From: Eledone cirrhosa
Taxonomy: Eukaryota
Length of the DNA: 64,000 bases
Reading direction: 5' to 3'
Assembly: GCA_964016885.1 (NCBI GenBank)
Contig: OZ024742.1
Span: forward strand, 113,150,001-113,214,000
Positions 51,889 to 64,000 of this stretch are shown one piece after another. The position numbers and the translations under genes are program-made. The notes beneath the pieces are model-generated. The model did no database searches. It worked only from the letters and a program-made list of their open reading frames with translations, and was not told where the DNA came from. The stretch's first letter is position 1. Each line of letters begins with the position of its first letter.

Positions 51889-54800
51889 GGCAACCTACGT
51901 AGTAAATCGAATCATCGTGACCTCCGCAAAGGTTTGTTGTTTTCGTTTCTTAAAAATTGCCATTTATGGAAAATTGTTATTGTTAACTGTATATAAATGC
52001 ACATACATTTTTTTCCGAAATTTAAAATTTTATAATTATAAAAAAAAACTTTCTTTGAAAAAACATGGATGACTCACAGCCACACGAAGCTGACATGCTT
52101 CCTCATAAACTAACACCTCACACCGACACCACCATTGTAAATATTAATACGTTTGCCAACACTAAAAATATAAGCAGTAGCAATATTTTAAATTTGTCTC
52201 AGGCAGACATTCATTTCCCGCCATTACCAATGGCTGCAGGTGTTAAAGCCGCCACCCCCACCACCACCACCGCGACAACCACCACCCCACCACCACAGCG
52301 ACAACAGAAACAAAATAAAAAAATAAATTAACTCGTGATATCGAAATGAATTCAACCAAAATGAACTCTTCCACACCGAACACCACTGACGCCACCACCC
52401 CCACAACTGAAACTAAAATTAATAATAACAAAAATAACGATAACAACAACAGCAACACTGACATTAAGAAAACTACCCTGAGTTTTGCCAGAGTAGCAAA
52501 ACAGTGCGAAGCATTTCAGGTAACTCAGGAGGAATTAGAAGAAGCCAACAAAATGGTAAAGAAAGATGGGTACAGGGTCAGACTCACCCCCCCCTAATAA
52601 AATGGAGCATCGGCGCCTATGCACCGTGTATTATTGAACAATTAATAAGAAATCGCGCCGAGTGGAACAGGATATCTGAGTCCCAAATCCAAAAAGCTTT
52701 GGGTCATGTGTGGACAAAAAAAACACACCAACGTGGGCAGAAGTATGGAACCGTGGACGTGTTCTTTGAAACACCACAGGAATCTAGATAACACTCCAAG
52801 GCCCCATTAAGAAGAGACGACTTCACACTCGTCTCAAGCTATTGTGGCCAGAGACTCGTAAAGATCAGGGTAACCCACGTTCCACCGACAATCGGAATTC
52901 CCTGGATAATAGCTGCCGTCCTCGCCGGCATCGTAGCCAACACTAAGATAATCGAAATAGCGAAAGAAAAGCAGGAGAACTGGTCCGGATCTAGGATGGA
53001 GCTCCTGATCCAAGCGGACCAAAAAAGCATTGAGGAGATCTCAGAGGTAATAGACCTCACTGACGGCAGCCACCTCACCGTAATTGTCGATCAGAAGGCC
53101 TAGGTGTGTCGTTTGTGGTGAAGGAACCCACCTAAGGGCTTTCTGCACTCAGGCTAAATGGTTGAGGTCACCTCTCTTACCCACCCCAGTGACTCAACCA
53201 TCAACACCCCCAGCAGCAGTGATGGCAGCAACAACTGTAGCAGCAACAAGAGAAGCAACTGTAACAGCAACAACCCCAGCAACAGTAGCAAAACCAACAC
53301 CACCACCACCACCCAACGCGCCAGAACTAGCACCAGTGCCTACACCATCCACCACGCCACAACCAAAACTAACGCCTGTGGAGTATTTTCCACTCCCCGG
53401 CCTATCACAACTGGAGACAGATTGTGACGACGAGGAGTGGGAAAAGGTATCAGGAAAAGACAAAAAAAGGAAACCAAAAAAGAAAAAAGTTCTCTTCCTT
53501 CGCCCTCCAAAAACAAAATACAGAGGGAAACAAATAAACAATCAAACAAAAAAGTTAGGACAGATATGCCACCATCCACACCAGCATCACCAATCCCATC
53601 ACCCCAAACACCAACCCCATCACCTCAAACACCAAGACGATCAACATCATTAACCCCAACACCACCATCTCTTATACCACAAAAGTCACCAAAAAGCGAA
53701 ACAGAAACAAACCCACAACAAACGCAAAAAAAACGAAACAACCAAAACGATACACACTACACAGCATTAAGTTTGAACAACAAACAATTATTACACTACA
53801 TCCAACACAACACCAGCATCACAGAAAAAGACTACACAACAACCCAAAAGTTCACACCACCTACACACATACAAATCACTCGCATCACACAGAAAACGTA
53901 CGTGACACTGAAACAAAAATTCCCCAAAGACATCGGAGACTTACGGCAAGCACTCTCCAGGAGCATTTATAAGGACATCCTTTCTGAGGAGGCCACAAGC
54001 AGTGAAAAGGATGGAGGAACCGTCCTTCCTCTACGAGAAGTAAGGTAAGTGGTCTTTACCATCTTTTCCACTCCATCTCAACATGACCTCACTCAGAATA
54101 ACAGCATAAATGCCCGTGGCGGGGTCGTCATGGAAGCAGGGCCACCTGCTCAACGACCTCAGGTCACTAAACATTGATGTAACGGCCATCAGCGAAACCA
54201 GAATCTCCGAAACCCGGGCCTTCGCACCGATCTTCGGCGGCTACGATGTGTACACATCTCCCAGCCGTCCGGGATCGGGGGGAGGAGTTGTGCTTTTTCG
54301 GAGAGGTTTGGATCTCGCCATACGTGCCATCTTCCTGGACCCAGAAGGTAAGTTGGTGGTGCTGGACCTGACCAGCGGAGACGGGTAAGCTTTCAGGCTA
54401 ATGGCCGTCTATGCCCCGACAGGAGCAGAGCGGCCTGATTTCTTCCGGTGTCTGGAGAACTTTATTGGAACGTCCCCCTCTTTAGTGTTAGTGGACGACT
54501 GGAACGGGAGCTTAGATGCATGCTGGGATTGTGTGGGATTAGCGGATAGGGGTGGAGGGTGCAAGAGTCTCGCCAATCTGCTCAGGCGTTTGGAACTGTC
54601 TGAGAGGTAGCGATTGGATTTCCCGAATGTGCCAATGTGGACTTGGCCACATCGCTTAGTTTCATCCAGATCATATCTAGATAGAGTATTTTGTAGGGAA
54701 ATAGATATGTCGAGCATAGGCTGTCCCCAATTCAAGATAGTTAGCTACACGGACCACAAATTCGTGATCTGTGTGCTTGACTTATATAGGCTTCATAGAC

Positions 54801-57735
54801 GAGGAGCCGGCTATTGGAAACTAAACGCGTCCTTATCAGCGCGCAAGGCCTACAGAGACCGGATTAGCGAATTAGTTAAGCGGGTGTTGACTGGGGCCAT
54901 CGTTAACAACAAGTGGTGGTTAGCTCTGAAAAGAGCAATTAGAATAGCGTCCATTAGGTTTAGTAAGGCTTTAGCAATAGAGAAAAAATAGAGCAGAGGG
55001 AGAATTAGTTAGAAAATTAGACGAGGGGCTTAGCAAAGGCATCGCGACCGACGTACTTGCGGCGAAATTGGTCCTAGACCAATTCTTCAGTGCAAAGCAC
55101 GAAGGCTGCGTTGTCAGTACTAGGGTGCGTGCTCTCAGACACGAGGGTATGAAAGCCGTTCAATGGGATCGAGTGGCGGAGGCGCGTCGTAGCAACAAAG
55201 CCACGATCCGGTCTTTGGTGGACCATGGCGGGCGTATGCTACAAGATCCCGGGCACATTTGTGAAGCTTTTCAACAACACTTCGCACAGCTGTTCGGGCG
55301 CAGCGGCGGGCCGGATCGAGGGATGGACATTAGTGTCTACCTCGACGGACTGCCATGGCTATCGGCCACTGAGGCGCAGTGTTGCGAAAAGCCGATAACA
55401 GCCGCTGAAATACGGGAGGCAATGACTGGCTGCACTAGGGGTAAATCGCCTGGTTTGGATGGTCTGTCCTATGAAGTTTCCGTACAGATGCCAGACTTGT
55501 TCGGAGGCCTCTTGGCGGACGTCTACTGCAACTGGCAACAGAACGGGAGAATTCCCAGCTCTGTGAAGCGAGGAGTTGTGGCGCTGCTGAGAAAGGATCC
55601 GAACAAGTGGGATAACATAGAACATTTCAGGCCCATAACTCTGCTAAACACAGAGTTCAAGACTTTGGCCAAGGTGCTAGCAAAGAGGTTGTCGCTTGTC
55701 GTTGGTGGTCTGGTGGGACAGGCGCAGACGTGCGCCATTCCCGACAGATCTACCCACGGCAACCTCCACCTCATTCGATACATCGTAGAGAGGGTAGCAA
55801 GGGAACCTGGCACGGGTGGGTCCTTGATCAATTTAGATCAGTCGAAATCTTTCGATAGGTTCGACCATCGTTACCTAGCGGCAGTCCTGAGGGCGGCTGG
55901 CTTTGGGCCCGTCTTCAGATGCTGGATCGCTGCCATGCACAGCGACATCAGCTCTGTGCTGAGAGTGGAACGTCACCTTTCGGAACCGTTCAACATTATG
56001 CGTTCGGTCCGCCAAGGATGTACCCTCTCGTCCCTCTTGTACGTATTGACTCTCGAGTCATTACTGAACAAACTGGAGACGTTCAGGGGGGTCCCACGCG
56101 GACTAGGATGCGGAAGATCCATGTCAGCATATGCGGATGATGTCACTGTAGTGGTGTCGAACGCCAAACACATCGAGGCGATCGGTACTACACTAAGAGA
56201 GTACGAAGCGGTGACAGGAGCAATGATCAACCAGGAACATTTAGTGGGCCTGCAGCTCGGCACCTGGAGAATCAGGTTCATGCCGTCCAACAGCGTCGCC
56301 GGGCGCTGGACGGACGGACCGGTTAAATTGCTGGGGGTCGTGTTCGGTCCGGACCTCCAGACGGACAAAAACTGGGACGAGGTGATGAGCATGGTGACTT
56401 CTCTCACCCAGAAATGGGCGGAGAGGAGGATATCCCTGAAAGGTCGAGCGGAGGTGGCTAACGTGTACATCGCGTCCGTCATCTACTACCGCCTGACCAT
56501 CGTACCTTGTCCTAAGCCCCACTTGACTGAGCTGGAGCGTTTGCTCTTTCGCTTTTTGTGGTAGGGACGCGCTCCGATGGTCAGGCGGTCGATCTGCTGT
56601 CAACACCCGCTACGTGGAGGGCTAGGCATGCCGTGGCTGATGATGCGCAGATACGCGCTCAGGCTACGAAATCTCCACCTCTTCCTCGACGGTGATAAGG
56701 TGTGGTCGCCGTTTGCTAGATGCGCCTTTCCCCAACTCGTCTCCATGAAGGATCTGCAGTCCTTGGTCAAGCGAAGACCGAGAGGAAGCGCTTGGTGACT
56801 GGAATGTCTTCAGGCGCTCACAGACCTCGACCAATCGGGCAATGTGTCCGGTGGAAACTCCACCTTCGCGTTCTATAGAGGATTGGTGGAGGGGAAGAGC
56901 GACGACGTACTTGGAGAAACACTAGGCAGTGAGGAAAATCAACTAGCTAATCACTTCGGAAGTACTTTCGGGCCGGGACCTAAGTACAACTTCCAGAAAT
57001 CTCTGGCTTGGCAGTGCTACCGAGGAGCTTTGCCAGTTCGGGATAAACTCTGCAGGCATGGAGATGCCGTCAGCCGGTCATGTCTGAGATGCGCGCAGGG
57101 TGACGAAACCGTCCTGCACGCACTCGTCCAGTGTCCGAACATTGCTGACTTGTGGGTTTATATCGAACACCTGCTGTCACGTGTAGGACGGATCCAGCTA
57201 TCAGCTGAGTCCATCGTGAGGATTGCCCCGCCCTCTTCCTTTAGCCGGGAAGGGCAGGCAGTTTTTATCTGTCTGGTGGCCATGGCGAAAGAGATAGTAT
57301 GGTGGACACGTTTGAAAGGGCTGAAGACGAGCATTTACCTCTTCGGTGCTGCCCCGATTAACTTTTTCAAATTTCATTTGAAAAGGAAAATCAGGGTAGA
57401 GAAGGAAGTGCTCTCTTCCCAGCATTTTGTTGAAATTGGGTGAGAGAAGCAAGTATGGCCCGAGTGAATGGGTCTACTCTGAGTATGTGTCTGTAAATAT
57501 TAAAGGTGGAAAACTGGGAGAGGGCACTTGCCCTGGTGGTCTGGGTCACTGTGGCCTTTTAATGGGTTTTCTCCACAAATGTCCCTCGGAATTTTCCCCC
57601 CTATTGGGGAATTTTTCATTGTTATTTTTTATTACATCCTCTGTTTTTTTTTACACGCAGAAATCCCCTGTATTGTCATGTACTGTCCTTAATGTCTACT
57701 TTATGTAAACCATTGTGGTTAATAAAGAAAGCATT
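51889..57735 (+). mobile_element. Near full-length Tx1/L1-type LINE (ORF1 ~52065-54048; ORF2 54083-57496), disabled
   Basis: ORF1 CVVCGEGTHLRAFC knuckle; ORF2 APE, 498-aa RT segment (LDQSKSFDRFDH, VRQGCTLS, AYADDV) and CLRCAQGDETVLHALVQC; (TTA)n on both flanks. Confidence 0.93.
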
Positions 57736-57739
57736 GTTA

Positions 57740-57782
<43 letters not shown>

Positions 57783-59427
57783 ATAGACAGTGAGCATAGA
57801 TATTTAACCGAAATCGATACTAGTGAGATTTGATCTCAAATGCATGATAGACGAAATCGAAATCTATAATAGCATTAGAAGAAGGTGTTCTACTCCAACC
57901 AGACCTCAACAGTAAACAACTCATTCCGAGGAGATATACCTTACAGCTATAGATTTACAATTCTTAGCGAGCAAAGTACATATTTCTTGACAGGATTCTA
58001 TTTGATCCCCTTAAGCTTCTAACTTGAACATGTCATATAGCAGATGTATTAACATTATATATTGCAGACATAATAACAAAAGTAATGGTGATATGAACGA
58101 AAACAACAAGTAGCATCATCAGGAAATTTTGACATATTCAAAAACTACAGACATTGTGTACGATTGTTTGGATATGGAAACCAAATCCAATTCCCACATA
58201 CAAAAATCTCACCAATCAATCACAATTTTCTGTTTTCTTACAAAACATTAGAAAATTGTATAACTGTCATAATTGTACACTATCACCCTTACTTCCTTTT
58301 GCAATACAGTATTGCATTCGACGATTTCACCAACCAATAACGCTCTATATAACACCATATATACTGGAGCTCCTCGTATATTTCTCAGTACAGGTTCTGG
58401 ATACACCAAAATAAGGTAAAATATAATTTTCCATACAATGTTCTTCCAAATTATGTTCCCTAAAACAAAGTCTCTTTTCGTAGATTACCCAACACTCTGT
58501 GTGTAATATATTCACAAAGAATTAGTTTCTGTATAAAAATGTTTCTTTATACCCCCACAACAACGCGTTCCTGTCATCCAAGATGAATACAGAGAAATTG
58601 GTAGAATTCCACTTCGATCCGGCAAATCCCTCTAACATATAAAAGCTTGACATTCTATATTTGTGAAAAATTATTATTGCATAACTGAAGTTTTGTAGCA
58701 GAAAAGAATCTGCTGGAGAGCATTGCTTTGAATGCATTACATTAGCAATGTTCTTACCAAGTATTTTAATTTCCTAAAGTATATGTTGCGATGCTGCTAA
58801 TGCTAGTGAGCCTTTTGTTGGTATTTTTCGTAGTTGCGGAACAGGTGGTTGATGTAAGTTTGCATAAAGGGATGGTAAATATCGTGGGGTTAATGGTGAA
58901 AATAGTGTTGGATATGACGTCGGAGGCAATGGTTGTTGCGACGGTGAGAGTGTTAACGATGTTGCCTGGCAGTATTTGAACTAAAAGAAAATTGTATTAT
59001 CATGACGTCATTTATTATAGATACAGTTCACCGAGGACTAATTAACCTATATATCCGTGTTTTGAAATTGAATGCTAATGATATTCGAATGAAGTTCGAC
59101 TACTAACTTTAAAAGATCGAGCAATTAAATAGTTCTGCAGAATAGATACGCAACAAATGTATTTAACGATCTCTCTATATATATGTCTCTCTCACTGTCA
59201 CTCACTCTCCCTGTCCCGTCCCGCTCCCACTCACTCGTCCCCTTGTTTCTCCCTCTAACTCTCGTTATCTCACAGCTCTAAGTTCAATTGTTATTACACA
59301 CAAATTGTGCATTTTAGCTCTCTGTCATCACAAATACAATTAACGCGCATAAAAAAAATAGAAGCTTAATCCGTTCTTTCTATTATCTAGCAAGTTGTAG
59401 GTATTTCATAAAGTGTATATACGTGTT

Positions 59428-59518
59428 TTATGTATGTATGTATGTATGTATGTATGTATGTATGTATGTATGTATGTATGTATGTATGTATGTATGTATG
59501 TATATATATATATATATA

Positions 59519-59554
<36 letters not shown>

Positions 59555-59598
59555 TATATGTATGTATGTATGTATGTATATATATATATATATATATT

Positions 59599-59640
<42 letters not shown>

Positions 59641-59680
59641 TATATATATATATATATATTTATATGTATATATACACACA
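59428..59680. repeat. (TATG)n + (TA)n microsatellite
   Basis: Direct reading. Confidence 0.95.
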
Positions 59681-60639
59681 TACAAACGCGCACACGCACA
59701 CTCATACACAAACACACGTGTGTGTGGTTGGGTGTGAATTTGTGGTGCCAATTGTTCTAATGGTATCCAATATGACCTGTATTTTAATTGCAGAAGGGAA
59801 TACCTTCACGTAAGTTGTGAAAATATCTAATTTTTAAAGTCTTAAAAAAAGAAATAATCAATATAAATGATAAAAGTATCAACTTGTGTAGCTTTGGAAA
59901 AACACATTAAAGTATGTTATAATTCGGAAAACCTCTATATAGAGATTTGCATCTATAATTAGCTCCGTAGTTACAATTAGAATAAGAATTAGAATCCTTA
60001 AATAGTGTCGATGCAATGAGTGAATGTGTATATGGTAACTTTGTACAGTGACATATCTCTCTCAAGATACCAAAGTATAACTGAAACGAAGATATTGGAT
60101 AATATAGCGTTTCATAATGTAGCGTTTGAAATATTATTACGAGTAAGATATCAGATTAACGTAATTACCGTTATGTTCATTTAGATGCAACTCGGAGATA
60201 GAATGCAACATGTTTTTAGGAGTCTGAAATCCTACTTTGAATCTATGGTTTCTAATTTACTGTTATAGCATGTGTGTTGAATCCTTGGGCAAGTTAACCT
60301 CTTTCTTATTCATCTTGCTAAACTTTCATAAAACACCTAGTCCATATTGGGAAAATCAATGAAAAAGATATGACAAAATATTTAGGAAATATCTGATGAT
60401 ATCGTTCGTGATATTATTGTTTATTTGTTTGTCCTCGTGTTTGGAAACAGTTAACAATCATGATCGGTCAATCATTTAAATTACAATGCAAGTTACAGTA
60501 AATACGATTAATTAAAAATATTTCACTGTATACAGACGCTAATTATTTCAGTTCATATGTTAATTTTGGCAAAAAACTATATCATTCCAGTCTAAGAGAT
60601 GTTAATGTAGAAACTACAATCTAAAATGCTACGCTTGGC

Positions 60640-60950
60640 ATAACACATCTGGAGATGCCATCCAACAAACAGGGAATTGTATAGGTCCCTGTCTCACACC
60701 TCTGATGTTGTGATGTTTGCCGGGCATGACACTCACCATGATAACCGCACTGGAAGATTGTTTCTCTGAAATTCAGATGCAAGGAAACTTGTTTGACGGC
60801 CGCATATCTTCTTGAAAGCAATCAATGAGATGGATTCAGGCTTCAGATGAACAGATCTGCGTGATACAATTGTCGAGCCAGGGATCTGAAGCTTTCTCAA
60901 TGTCTCACTACCGGCTCATGCCACTGGATGACATAAGACGAAGGTAGTCG
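60640..60950 (-). pseudogene. Very decayed non-LTR RT remnant
   Basis: Minus-strand traces LIAFKK (compare FIDFKKAFD) and RGVRQGP in the expected order. Confidence 0.35.
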
Positions 60951-61227
60951 ATTGAACAGAAATTTGCATTTGACTGATATGCCATTCAACATATCCTGGA
61001 AGATATATTTTTTTACTCGCAATTTTCAAACAAGGATATATTAAGAAATATCTAAATAATCGCAACCACAAAAGCTTTTGTTGCGGAATAAATATTGTGC
61101 AAACAGTACTATGTATTTAAAACTATGATTATGACAATCAATTATAAAGCTGAAGCAAATTATACACATTGTCCAGTACCCTTGCACTGATATGTTTTAT
61201 GCATAGTAATAGGGATTTTTTCAAATT

Positions 61228-61365
61228 GAGGCACAAGGCCAGCATTCGGGATAGAGGTTACATCGAATACTACAACCCCCAGTGCTTTATTTTCTCAATC
61301 AGAGATGGATGGGATCAGAGCTGAAATCTCGGCATGATTGGAATTCAGAATTTTAAAGCCGATAC
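61228..61365 (-). mobile_element. Diverged SINE
   Basis: ggcacaaggccagca..cccagtgct..ctcggcatgattggaattcagaa is the reverse complement of the SINE tail and core. Confidence 0.65.
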
Positions 61366-62169
61366 AAAAACCGCACATTTTTCTCAAACATTTGTTCATA
61401 GATTCCATTTCTTTTTGTTTCACATATGTACATGCTTCATATTTAAAGAATGTTGACGGCATATTAATGTACAATTCATTCGCGTCCTTTCATTAATACG
61501 GTATTTCATAATGCTTATCTGTAATTTAAATATGCTTTCACTTAACTGATACTGGTTTGGGATACGAAATATATATTTCAGAATTCGTGTAAAACAATAC
61601 TTTACGGAATGTATATGGACAAATAACATTTACTTATATGAAACGATGGAAATATAAAAACAAGCAAAAGCGCATTATATTAAACAAACATGTGTATGAA
61701 CAATGATGTTCTCCACATTAGCAAGTTGATATAGTAGTTTCGTATATGCTAAATATTCTAGATGACTCTAATGTCACAAGAAGATCCGATAGCCTCTCCG
61801 CAAATTACTTGTCAATTTCCAATTATTTCAGCAGTGCGCCATTACATTGTTTTCAACACTTTCATGCTAACACAAGTTTAGAATGTCATACTATACTAAA
61901 CCAAAGACATAACAGAATCCCAGTAGTAGAATGTCAGAGTTCATCTTGATCGAATATTTGGCAAATATTCACTTACAAACCCCTAAAAAATTGTATCTCA
62001 CTAAAATATATTTTCCTTTCTTGTGTGTTGCTCTCCCTCTCCTTCTGCTGTCTAATTATTTCATTGCTTTTTTCACATTCTAATAAGGCTTATAGGTTTT
62101 TACATTTAATGTATATATATATATATATATGTATACACACACACACATATATATATATGTACACACATA

Positions 62170-62308
<139 letters not shown>

Positions 62309-62331
62309 CTCTACATGACTGAATAAAAGAA

Positions 62332-63110
62332 ATGTAATGTGAATGTTTCGAATATTAATAATAATATTCGATTTGTTTGCAATTATTCAAACAGCCTCTT
62401 TAATAAGACGTCTGTAGAATGATCACCTCAATTTTGCTCTTGTGTTGGCATGCAAACAACACTGTAGACACTAACATTGCTGGGTGATTACACTTCATCA
62501 GTGCAGGTTCCTGCGTTCCTGCCAACTGTCAGAGCTAGTTAAAATATAGATATATTCTGAAATATACAGTGACTGATCGGCCTGATTTGCATACTAGCAG
62601 ACTGGCTGATCAATCAGATCTGCATATTAGCAGACCCACTTATCAGCCAGAATTGCATACCAGGAAGTAGACCTGTCAGTTTTATGTATATGAGTAATTA
62701 ATGGCCGGTTTTGTTATATTCAAATAACTAACAACTAGTTATTGCTCTACATAGCTGAATGAAATAAATGTAATCTGAGTTTTTCGAATATTAAAAATGC
62801 TATTTTTTCGGTTGCTATTATGCAAGCAGCCTCTTTTATAAGCCATGTCAGTAGAATAAGCCCCTTATTCTCGCTATTGCCTTGGCATGCAAACATAACT
62901 GCAGGCACTAATGTTTCTGAGCGATTACCCTTCATCAGTGAAGTTTACTGCTTACCTGCAAACTGTCAGAGCTAGTGAAAATATATGATACTTTCTGAAA
63001 TATGCAGTGACTGATCGGCCTGATTCGCATATTATAAGACTGGCTAATCAATCAGATCTGCTTATTAACAAACCCACTAATCAGCCAGATTTGCATATCA
63101 ACATGAATAC
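62332..63110 (-). mobile_element. 437-bp tandem dimer with decayed hammerheads (62462-62506, 62899-62943) and octamer-like motifs; retrozyme/pLTR-like
   Basis: Two diverged units starting about 62332 and 62768; minus-strand CTGATGA core in both; adjacent to a (CA)n(TA)n tract at 62170-62306. Confidence 0.75.
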
Positions 63111-63564
63111 AGGTTAGTTGCGGAAAGGTTTTTCTACGCATGTTTTTATTGTGTAATCATGAGGATGCCTTGCCTATAGCCGCACATGTTTTATATTTCA
63201 CCTTTGTCGATGTCCGTGCTGCTGCGTTCAACTTGAACAGGTTCTAGCGTTAGTGCAAGCACTTTATCACAACCCCTCATCTCAAATTGACTCAGTGCTT
63301 CTTAAGATTGATTATTTTTGCTGATTCAGAGATGCAAAACTGCACCTCTAAGAGTGTATGGAGGTGCATTGTTAAGGACATCCCTTTCTATTCTGATGCT
63401 GATGTAATTCTCCTCCAGGCGACACCCTTGATACGCCGGATAGTTTTGTGATCTTTTAAAAAGATAGATCTGGTTATAGATCTGTGATTTAAAATCATTT
63501 TGTGCTGCTCACATATAGATGTAGATTTCCATTTTTATTGTTATAATTATTTTTATTATTACAT

Positions 63565-63676
63565 TCAGTACGGGGATCGATAAAATAAAACACTAGTAAT
63601 GCACTGGGTTTGATTTAATCCAATTTCCCCGCTCCCCAAATTGCTGGATTGGTGTCTATTGTAGAAATCATTATTA
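63565..63676 (+). mobile_element. SINE 3' fragment
   Basis: cggggatcgataaaataaaacactagtaatgcactggg..ttgctggattggtgtctattgtagaaatcattattac. Confidence 0.7.
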
Positions 63677-64000
63677 CAGTCAATATGGAAAAATTCACCA
63701 TATTTCTGTTTATTCAATGGTGTGGATAATGTTGCTGCTGTTGTTTGTTTATGGTTGTTGAAGCTGTTGCTATTTTTGTTGTTGATATAGTTTTTATTCA
63801 TTCTATCTTTTCAGCTGTTGTTTTCTATGTTCAACGGAGTCAACGTAGCTTTACACATATACCACACATTACTTAACTCCACAGTTCCCAGCGTTGTCAT
63901 CGCCCTATATCCTATTTTTGAAGATGTTTTACTGACAACAACTGATGACATTTCTCTAGCTGAATATTCCAGTTCCTACACACCCACACGTATATAGGCA

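Noticed and set aside
58300-58760. Possible host exon or pseudogene
   Set aside because: Short frames with stops, no recognisable motif and no supportable splice structure.
63180-64000. Possible further LINE ORF1 remnant on the minus strand
   Set aside because: Only compositional N/T-rich resemblance, with no diagnostic motif.

Overview
AT-rich, repeat-dominated eukaryotic (metazoan) DNA. The abundant tRNA-derived SINE, the (TA)n/(CA)n load and the LINE spectrum suggest an octopod cephalopod, which is an inference. I find no host protein-coding gene, and most ORF-track entries are microsatellite or antisense artefacts. Contents: Penelope-like element (PLE) GIY-YIG 3' ends; two near-full-length, disabled Tx1/L1-type LINEs, one split by a Gypsy LTR element; five R4/Dong-type RLE LINE copies or fragments; a Chapaev3-like transposase remnant; a non-autonomous Helitron; a hAT-like MITE inside a 200-bp inverted repeat; and many SINE copies. 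The most interesting signal is non-coding. About 15 type I hammerhead-ribozyme motifs from roughly 9-10 sequence-distinct families sit in short elements mostly embedded in or beside (TA)n tracts. They include long perfect fold-back palindromes, a 312-bp tandem plus circularly permuted inverted unit (retrozyme-like), and a 437-bp dimer with octamer-like motifs whose two decayed hammerheads complement into an intact consensus. Several families share non-canonical core positions (U4A; U10.1-U11.1). A second pattern is an (ATT/TAA)n chain linking Tx1-like LINEs, SINE tails and Dong-like LINEs. All folds were derived by eye and none has been tested.
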